Assembly: GCA_032718475.1 (NCBI GenBank)
Contig: JAUCBJ010000858.1
Span: forward strand, 1-61,733
Direction: 5' to 3'
DNA length: 61,733 bases
From: Nemertoderma westbladi
Taxonomy: Eukaryota > Animalia > Xenacoelomorpha
In this document: positions 52,948-61,733 of the stretch, in pieces
Numbering within the stretch: position 1 is the stretch's first letter
Layout: each line of letters begins with the position of its first letter
Notes under the pieces: model-generated
Database searches by the model: none
What the model was told of the DNA's origin: nothing
What the model saw: only the letters and a program-made list of their open reading frames with translations
Translations under genes and position numbers: made by a program

Positions 52948-54589
52948 CAACGGCTGGAGTGGGTGTGTGACTATATTTGTATTTGTTTTTATTCTTTTAT
53001 ATTTATGTATGTATTATTATGTAATTTTATTATAATCGTTTTCTTTAATTTTATTTAGTAGAATGTTATTTTAGCGATTATTTAGTAGATTAGTGCAATA
53101 TATTAGTGTTTATTACTTAATTACTTATATATTATATATTTCGTGCGACGGTGAGAAATAATTCTTTTTCTCTTTCCTTACTGTCCGTATTACATTACAA
53201 ATATGTAACTACAGTAAGATGAAATATCCGTACTTATTAAAACACAATAAAGCTCCTACTATATTCAAGTATTATTGGTAAGTAGAGTATTAGGAATGCA
53301 AAGTTCAGATCCTCGTGTCTCGGCTAAACCAAGCTCTGGGTAGACCTTGGAAACGACTTGCCTCTTCTCACTGACATTGCTTCTTGCGATATTGCTCTCA
53401 TACCGTATATTAAATAATACATATAGTAGCGTGATGTCCCTTTAACAGTAGCGTATAACGCAAAATAAATCTGTTAAACCCTTTGACCATCTGCAATTCT
53501 AGTCGATTAAGATATCGCGGCACCCACCGATATACTTGAAAGACAAATTTCTAGAATCAGTGGTTAACGTCCCCAGACAAGTTCTGGAATAAACTGGTGC
53601 CCATCCTAAATATTAATTATTAATATTTACAAAATCTGTCAAATTTTAGATCCTTTAAAATTCTAGTCTATTAAGATATCGTAGCACTTACCGATATTCT
53701 TAAAAAGACCAATTTCCTAGAATCAAGGATCCTAGTCCCCAGACATGTTCTGGAATAAAATTGTGTCTATTTAATATTAAATAATAAAATTTACGGGAAT
53801 AAATTTAAATTCATGTTTTAATGAATTTAATAAATTGTCATTTTTATACAATTTATAATATTCCCAAAATTCCTTTAATTAATAGATCATGGGAGCGGAG
53901 ATTCACTCTATTAAGTGTATTAGTGTGCGAGAATCTCCAATATATAGTTAATAGCCGATAAAATTCATAAAATCATGTATAAAGATAAATATTGACAATT
54001 AAAGAATTACTATTAAATAGCATCCCAGATCTGTATGCATGAGAATTACCCTAATTCTACCGCAAGCTTTCCATAATGTCACCATGGCAACAACCACGCT
54101 AGAATTAGAAGTGAGTTAAAAGAACCATAAAGCTTGCCCATTGAATAGCATAGGGAATAAATAGCGCACTGCTAGCATCCAAGGATACATAATAACAACG
54201 TGACATTCTGGAAGGCACTTGACTAACGGACAAATGACCCGAATGTGTGATAGAATGTGTACCATTTGTGACAGTTACGTGGAATTTGTGCGTTTGTAGG
54301 TGAATGTTACTACTAAGGTGTGTTTACAGTAGCGAGTCGCAATTGTGAAAGTAGCCCTAACTCTCCAGTAAGAACCTGAAGTATATCTAAGCCTTTGGGA
54401 CGGACGGTGGAGTGACTCGTGCTGGTTGTTGTAGTCGTTGTGCAGCTACGACGTTGGCGATAGGCACATCGGCGAAAGTACACCAGCGCTGAGGATCTCG
54501 CACTGTCCGGGGGCAGAGAGGGGTAGGCAGCGACGCCCGCTAGCCTAAATATAAACTCATTATAATATTGATAAACTCATATAGCAGAT

Positions 54590-55947
54590 ATGACTGAGTT
54601 GATAGAAGATGATCTTGGTATCAGGGAGCGATATACTCCACCTTTATAAGCGTTTGTTGATAGCTTGATACGCGGCGACGCTGGTTCAACTACTACGGAG
54701 GACGATGGGCGTTATATCGAACTGCCGATGTCCCAGGAGCAACTTACGCGTGAATTGGAGTATAGAAAATTCACTGCTCGCTATACGCATTGTAATGGTA
54801 CGTATATGGACTTCTTAACTACTGGCCATCCTATCGATTTACACGATATGGACGATATCGACACCGAAAGGGAAATGGTCCTGTTTAAATATCATACCCA
54901 GCGGAGTTGGAACGATAAATTGAGAATCGAATGCGAAAATTCTATTCGAAATCGACTCGAAAGAGAAGACGTTAAAGAACCGGATAAACGCGGTAACTCC
55001 AACGTATATTTGGAATTCTTGAGAGAAACATTGTAAAACCGAATAAATATCACCCGCGTTTCCCCTACAAGACGTGCGTCTTTGGTATTATTACGATGAA
55101 TGCCCAAGACCCAACCAACAAACGGAAAGACATAAATATCCGTAGAGACGTTGCTTTAAACACGGTTTTACTCGCTATATTTACGGGAGTTTCGAGCGAA
55201 ACTTGTTCGATGTATCACCTACGCTCGCTCGATTCAAACAATCCTTAAATAAACCTATGATCAGAGTTCCGGAATACTCGGTCAGACCTCCTCATTCCCT
55301 AGTTAGACCTCAGACTCTTGATCCTAATAGTATCATGGATCCTCCCGAACTGTACTCACTGTTCAAAGATCTAGTGCTACCCGAACAGTTAGTCGGTGGC
55401 ACTCCGGTTGTGGGCTCCCAAATATTCGCCTATCTTACCTAGTCGGATTGGGACGCGGACATCTAATATCGTCATTCAACCGTATCATCGTCCCTGTTTA
55501 ACCCGATACAACCTGTCACCGAAGCAGAGGAAAGAGTTATACGAAACGCGTTGGACACTATTCGTCAAAAGATCGGAAAATGAACCTACAATTGTTTAGA
55601 GAAACGTAAATTACAGTAGCAAGTCCAAGCGGTAAACGAATTAACTTTATCTCAATTCATGCAGGAAATTCAGAATCTCTAAGAAGATATCGAACTTGGA
55701 CGACCCTATTCTCTGCAAGAGTTTTGGACGAACGCATCCAACGATAAGCGGAGGAAAATCAGCTCGAGGAGAAGCATATCGAAATGGACGAGACATCGAC
55801 CGTAACCCTAAACCTTCAGATGCAATTGTATTGCACCCTTTACCCAGGAGTTATGGCTCTCCTAGTAAAGTGGCTCGCCCCAAAGAGAAAAGGACTCTTG
55901 CTAGCCTCAAAAAACTGCATAAACGCCGTCTGTGTAAGAAAGACTAA
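54590..55947 (+). pseudogene. Decayed accessory ORF(s) of unknown function between pol and the 3' LTR
   Basis: ATG at 54590 is in frame with ORF 54665-55036 across a TAA; further coding-like fragments continue to about 55950; no recognisable domain. Confidence 0.45.
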
Positions 55948-56025
55948 CTGTTTAGAGTATTTTTATATTTTAGAAACTGTGATTTTTTATATTTTATAGA
56001 CTAAAATCCCATTTTCTGGGAGCGG

Positions 56026-57214
56026 TGTAAAAGCTTTTGCGGAATTAGCCAGTTATTTTCCCCGCAAAGTACTCTGTAGTTGGTTTAACAGGCAAAAAAG
56101 GCCGTGTCCTTACTGTACTGGTGTTTTAGAGGACATAAAAGCCATTTCTTCTGTATGTGTACTTTAGCGGACATAATTAGCAATTCTATGACGCAATGCG
56201 CTAGATCCTCTTGAAACAGTGTAGTTACTATGACGACAGCTAACAGCTGAGCTGTACACGTGTAGCTTTTCCTTGTTCTCTGGTGTTTCTTTGTTCGGTC
56301 AACCAATCAGAGCGATTCTCCTGCTTTTTGTACAGAAACCTCCGGGAAATCGCGCAATGCATTATGGGTCAATGTTTACATTTTGTCCTGAGCCCAGAAG
56401 ACCGGCTTTTGGAATCTCTGTGTTTTCAGTCTTTAGCCCAACATTAGTAGGCTTAATTATAGAACGTATATCTGTTATCATATCAATTCATATCAATCAT
56501 AACTCACTCACCTAATCATATTGTCAACTACAAACACCGCATTTTTACTGATATTTACTGTCGGTTGTTCATTATATCAGTTGATGGAATATTGTTATAT
56601 TTGGATAATATCAATCAATAATCAGACACCCCAATCTTCTTGATATACTGAAGGTTAGAGAGACCGGTTACATATAACGATTGCGACTTACATTAAAGTG
56701 GTTCTGAAGTGAATCTAATGCTATTTCATAGGCCCTACATGTATTGGTTGTTGTTCTCTTTATATGTGACTAAAATTAGTGAAGGTCGGCAGATCGGTGT
56801 GCAGCATTGTGCAGTATTGTGTATGATTGTGACGGATAACAAAGCATCTCCTAAAGAATGCGCCATATACGTGAATCTATAGCCATCCCGTTGTGTCTAG
56901 TTTAAGTCATAACTCTGTTTACATATTTAGAGCGCCACGTCCTAAAGGAACTGTTAATATTTCCCGAAAGTGAATAATATTTGTCAGAGATTATATATTA
57001 CGATCAGTCGAATAATACAGTAGGCCTACACCGCAATACGGTTAGGCTTCCAAATCCAGTCTCCCGGGTATATCCAGCGGGTGAATGATCGCGCATAGAC
57101 TGGCTTCGGCTAATGTAGTGTATCAAATACGTGTCATAGGCTAAAGACGATCTATTATCTAGAAGACATCCCAATTTGGCAGGTTAAACTGCTAAAGGTC
57201 TGAAAGCGCGAACA
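56026..57214 (+). repeat. 3' LTR (1189 bp)
   Basis: Starts TGTAAAAG after purine-rich GGGAGCGG (PPT-like) and ends GCGAACA, followed by TSD AATAT. Confidence 0.92.
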
Positions 57215-57890
57215 AATATTGTGAGGCAAATGACCTTAAAGTCAATGTAACCAAAACAGAGGAAGTCAAGTTTCGTAGAGGTGGAAGGCTGGCTGCAGGC
57301 GATAAGTTAACATATCTCGGAACGGAACTGAAATTACTTTTGTACCTTGATTTAAATATCTGGGTGTAATTTAAATTTACACTGCCTTTAACTCAACGTC
57401 TGGACATATTAACTACCTGTATGGAAAAGGTATTTCCGCGTGTGTGAGAGTTTCTTTAGCAGTAAATTTACATTTAATATCACCACAATCAGCACAGCGT
57501 TTATACGATGCCATAGTAGTACCATCAGCAACATAGTATTTCCGTATTCAATATGGACGTAAATAATCCCCAGGTAAAAGTAAAGCTAAGTGAAGTTAAG
57601 GAGCGTTACCTTAAGATGTGGGTTGGGCTAAATAAGTATGCCTATAACACAGCCATACTAGAAGCCACCACTAATTCCAGCCTATTTTTTGACATAGCAA
57701 ATTTAACTGGTTTTCGTAGAACACTTGTAGCTATGTACCTAAACATGGTTGTCACAACCTAATTTGTAGGACCTTTCAATGTTGGACAGTTAAGAATAAC
57801 TGTCAGTGTCGTTTTTGTGGTGCGTCAGTCAATAAGTGATTAGTTTCACATCTTTGAGGAATGTAAATGGTCAAATGGTAAACTCGGTAA
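57215..57890 (+). mobile_element. LINE fragment, right half
   Basis: Rejoining across the TSD gives KSTE*YCEANDLKVNVTKTEEVKFRRGGRL, later FKYLG and CQCRFC. Confidence 0.85.
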
Positions 57891-60004
57891 ATAATAACTA
57901 ATTAACTTAATTACGGTGCATAACCAATGTTGGTTTTCGTCAATATATTATTATTATTATTATTATATACACTAAAATAAGCAGAAATATTTTCACCAAC
58001 CCCAGTTCTTTCAAAATTATACTAGAAAGCAAGCGAGCTGGTTTTAAACGAACCTGCCCCTCAAACCAGTACCCTGAGTGAGTGGAAATGAAAACACGAA
58101 AATTGCCATCAACACAACGATAGAAACACCAGCTGCTGGTACTCATGAGGGCCTAGAAAGCTACTACTATTGATTGAATTGATAGGCCTAAACTGCAGAA
58201 AAGTATATTACTTGCAAAATTTATTACTATCTTACTCTAACCCAGAAGCAGACAGTAAGCAAACATGAACTGTTTGTTTGTAATGTATTACCCCGCCAGC
58301 TGAATAGATCAAGTGGCTGTTAGTGAGTATCCCAAACCAATAAACGATATAATTAGAAGGGTAATAACAGTGGATGTAACATTGACTACAGAGTGAGTGA
58401 TAGAGTGGTGTGATTAATAAAGCCACGAAGATGAGGTGTGAACGCATAGTGAGGCCCAAACCAAGTATTAGAAATTGCGTACGACAAACAGAACAATGGT
58501 GTAATAAAGTACTACTGGAGTTGCATTACAGTAAGGAGAATGTAACCGGTTGTTTATAACAATAAAAGGGACTGATAATAAATTGGGGGGTTTTACCAAG
58601 AACTACTCACGCCTGAGAGATAATAACATTTTAGGTGTATAACAGATGAAGGTGTTAATAGTGAGATTAGTCAGATGTTTAGTAACGATTATTGATTATA
58701 TTGCGGCGTATATAATGTTATGATTTCGTTGTAGAACTTCATTCCTTAGGTGCATTTCTACCTAATGTTTATTGGTACCTTGTATTACCTTACTAGATTT
58801 TATTACGCTATTTCGCACCGTACGTGCAATAGATATTATTGGTGAGAGATATTAGCTATTATCTAGTAAATTCCATTATACTACAAGTCAAACTGAACCC
58901 CCTTATTTGATACACTGATTCCGGGGTCTAACGCATATCCTCGACTGGCCACTGGTTGACCGATCGACAGCAGGTTCCCTGGGCGAAACCGGAAGTCACG
59001 TGGGAAGGGAGGTAGGCATTCTACTAGAGAGAACCTAAGGGATCGGATAAGTTCCCGGAATAGTGAGGGAATAGTTCCCTTACAGCGGCTGCTTAGTCTA
59101 TTAATTGAATTTGAAAATATAAATATTTTGAATTGCAGGTGTAACTGAAACTATTTGAGTATATATATAAAGTACAGTATACGTAATACGTAAAGTAACT
59201 AAATACTACAAGAAAGTAGGCCTATGGGAAAGTTGAGGGAATGTAGCCTGTATATAATGGCAGGGGCGATAAGGACCAGGGGTCATAAAGATACAGAGGC
59301 GATAAAGACTAGGGTGCGACAACTTCCTAAAAACTCAGATCAGGGGGGGCTATAAGTTCCCGACAAAATTGGAATTTATAGGGGCGATAAGGTTCCAGGG
59401 GCGATAACGTCCTTAGTAGGCCCCTATATTTAAAACTTCGTTGGCAGAAAACTCAACTGAGTACAATTCGTACATAATATAACAACAATAAAGCACTTCA
59501 CATAAAAGGTAGCAAAACGGATACATAATAAAAAAAGTATTTTAAAATTGTTTGGTTCCTTTCCTTGAGTTACATTTCCTTTCTTGATAGAAAACATTCT
59601 TTGGGTTAGATTGTCTTTCTAGTTAGTATACTCCTGAATTGGGATAGTGATAGTATACATCAGAAAATAAGTTAAGTTACAGTATGTATATGTATACGGA
59701 TATCAGATAGGGGGGTTTTGGTTAGAACAGCGTTCCATTGTGACCAGTTCCTTTCTCTCAATTGATAAATTAACATTATACGAGATATTTATTCACCGAG
59801 ATCTGAGTGTCTCACGGATATACCGAACTATTTCTTAATTATATATCGGGTACCTCCCGCAGTTTCCGTTTAATATATTGTTCCTGTACATTCGCATTGA
59901 CTGCTAGAGTTAGTAGGCCGGGACATCATAACCCCTTCCACCCCCCGCCAACCACTGTCCCAGCGATAGTCATGTTGTCCCAAAAATATATCGCAATTAT
60001 TGAA

Positions 60005-60962
60005 TTATATGTTATTTTTTCTTCCCTCCACCAAACTGCTAATGACAACGGCCAACGATGAAACACAAATAAGAACCCCGATCACCATAAGGCTGATGTC
60101 TTTGCAGATGACGAATCGACTGACTCGACCGTATTCCAGGGCGATATGAAACAGCGGTGGGATGAAAAACACCACCGCATTCATAGCAGTCACCCCGATA
60201 ACTGCCATAAAATATCCAAAATTATTTCTAGCGATTTCGCCAATAATCAATGTGACAACCAATAAACTCACTCGCACAAGATATCTCTGGCATCGCGGCA
60301 GCATCTCCGGGTCTTCGTTTGACAATCCTTTGAGCATGTCGATATCCTCTTCATTTATTTCCGTTAATTCCGGGTCATCCGGGATCGTCTCTTTGGCTCT
60401 GAGCTTCTTGATCTTGCAGAGAAGCGTTTCCGCGATCTCAATAGCCGGAAATAGTTGCAACGGGAAGCTTACAGCGAGAGAGATCACAAGCATCACCTTG
60501 ACAACAACGATGTACCAAGTGTGATGGGGGAGATCTTGTACCAGAATCTGGTGAGGGTTAGGGACACAGATGTAGATGATAACGCCGCACATGTTTATGA
60601 TGATTAGTTCAATAATGAGAACGGCGTGGAGGAATCCAGGGAATAGTTTCCTGTTACCCACCATTCCTCGCTCTACAGACACAGCAACTATAATCCCCTC
60701 GAACACAGTAACCATCTGTCCAATACATATTGGTAGAGTCTCCCAAACGAATAGAGCTATTTCCGAAAGAATTGCGGACGAGAGTTGAAGGATAAAGTAA
60801 ATTACGACAATCATTGTGGACGTCAAAAGGAGGAAGACACCGACGAAGCTTATAACACCGATTCCGCGTATTCTCTGTATCATTAGCGCGATTAGGAAGA
60901 ACGGTATTGGTGCCAACATTAACACAGCAGAGTAGCTCAAAGTAGGTTCCACTACTTTGCCA
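60005..60962 (-). CDS. Terminal coding exon of an amino acid transporter (Aa_trans family, SLC36/PAT-like)
   Basis: Multi-TM ORF with FEGI, SFPLQLFPAIEIAE and FFIPPLFH motifs; TTTTCAG acceptor at 60963 (phase 2); upstream exons not located. Confidence 0.85.
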
Positions 60963-61733
60963 CTGAAAATAAAAGATAACTACAGTTATTAATGTACGTG
61001 TGAATGAACCAAAATTATCAATTTAATAATCATGGCAGAAACTACAATTAAGTTACACAACATGAACCGTAACAACGAAACGAGCACATCACACCACCCA
61101 TTCCCGCCGTCTCACTAAGTTAGTAACTATACCCAAGATGGACGGCGTCCACCCTAAAGCAGAGCTAACTGGAGCGTAAGCTAAGCGTAAGCTAAGCGTT
61201 GCTGAAGGTATTATATCCGTATATTCCGTTCTCGAACAGACAATAATTAGTTTATCATTCATTCGAGCTGCTTTTTGCTGATTTTGGGTAAAAAATTAGT
61301 TGCTTTCATGCCCGCAGAGTTTTGCTGTACAGTACTTTAGTATTTTATTAACATAATAAATCAATTGGTTTGTTATTATGTTCGATGCTCAACCACACCC
61401 ACTGTTGTTATGTTTCCACATATATCATATTACTATAGACTTTCTTCATCTTTGCAGTTTCGACTCAAAAAGCCCCTTACAGAGAAAAGGAGAGGTTATC
61501 TTCTAACCATTATTGTTGACCGCCTCCAATGCTACAGTTCGCCTCTCTCAGCCTACAGTATAAAGCAATAATAATTTGAAAATTCTTTATTTTAGCATAC
61601 GGGTAATGCATCTCAATTTATTTTCCTTAATGATTTTAATTTCGCATTCTTACGAAAGCTTTGTACGACTTTATTATTGGCCAAATCCACACAGACTGAT
61701 AAGAAAATTACACAAGGAAATCATTATGGAGTG

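Larger units (their letters stand above)
41554..57214 (+). mobile_element. BEL/Pao LTR retrotransposon, 15.66 kb
   Basis: TG...CA termini, AATAT TSD at 41549-41553 and 57215-57219, paired LTRs, gag-PR-RT-RH-IN order. Confidence 0.95.

Noticed and set aside
54470-54500. Hammerhead ribozyme (GAAA and CTGAGGA motifs)
   Set aside because: Only about 11 nt separate the motifs, too few for stems III and I plus the cleavage triplet.

Overview
Eukaryotic (invertebrate metazoan-like, AT-rich) genomic DNA. Positions 1-38149 hold the 5' half of a spliced minus-strand gene for phosphorylase b kinase regulatory subunit alpha (PHKA). I reconstructed it by hand from GT-AG exons: about 594 codons, continuing off the left edge. 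Its introns are inflated by minisatellites, LINE fragments, MITEs and a nested same-strand MS4A/CD20-like gene. The main observation is that four consecutive introns (7-10) carry tandem arrays whose unit is the gene's own exon/intron junction: a 35-mer acceptor and 22-, 24- and 49-mer donors, giving hundreds of extra splice sites. The gene also has a pair of diverged 76-nt exons that must be mutually exclusive. Positions 41554-57214 are an unusually long (15.7 kb) BEL/Pao LTR retrotransposon with an AATAT TSD, inserted in a LINE RT. It has a decayed gag-pol, a truncated 5' LTR and about 3 kb after pol with a decayed extra ORF and structured segments. The window ends with the last exon of an SLC36-like amino-acid transporter. 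Most long ORFs in the track are translations of satellites. Family assignments come from remembered motifs, not database searches; copy numbers are approximate.
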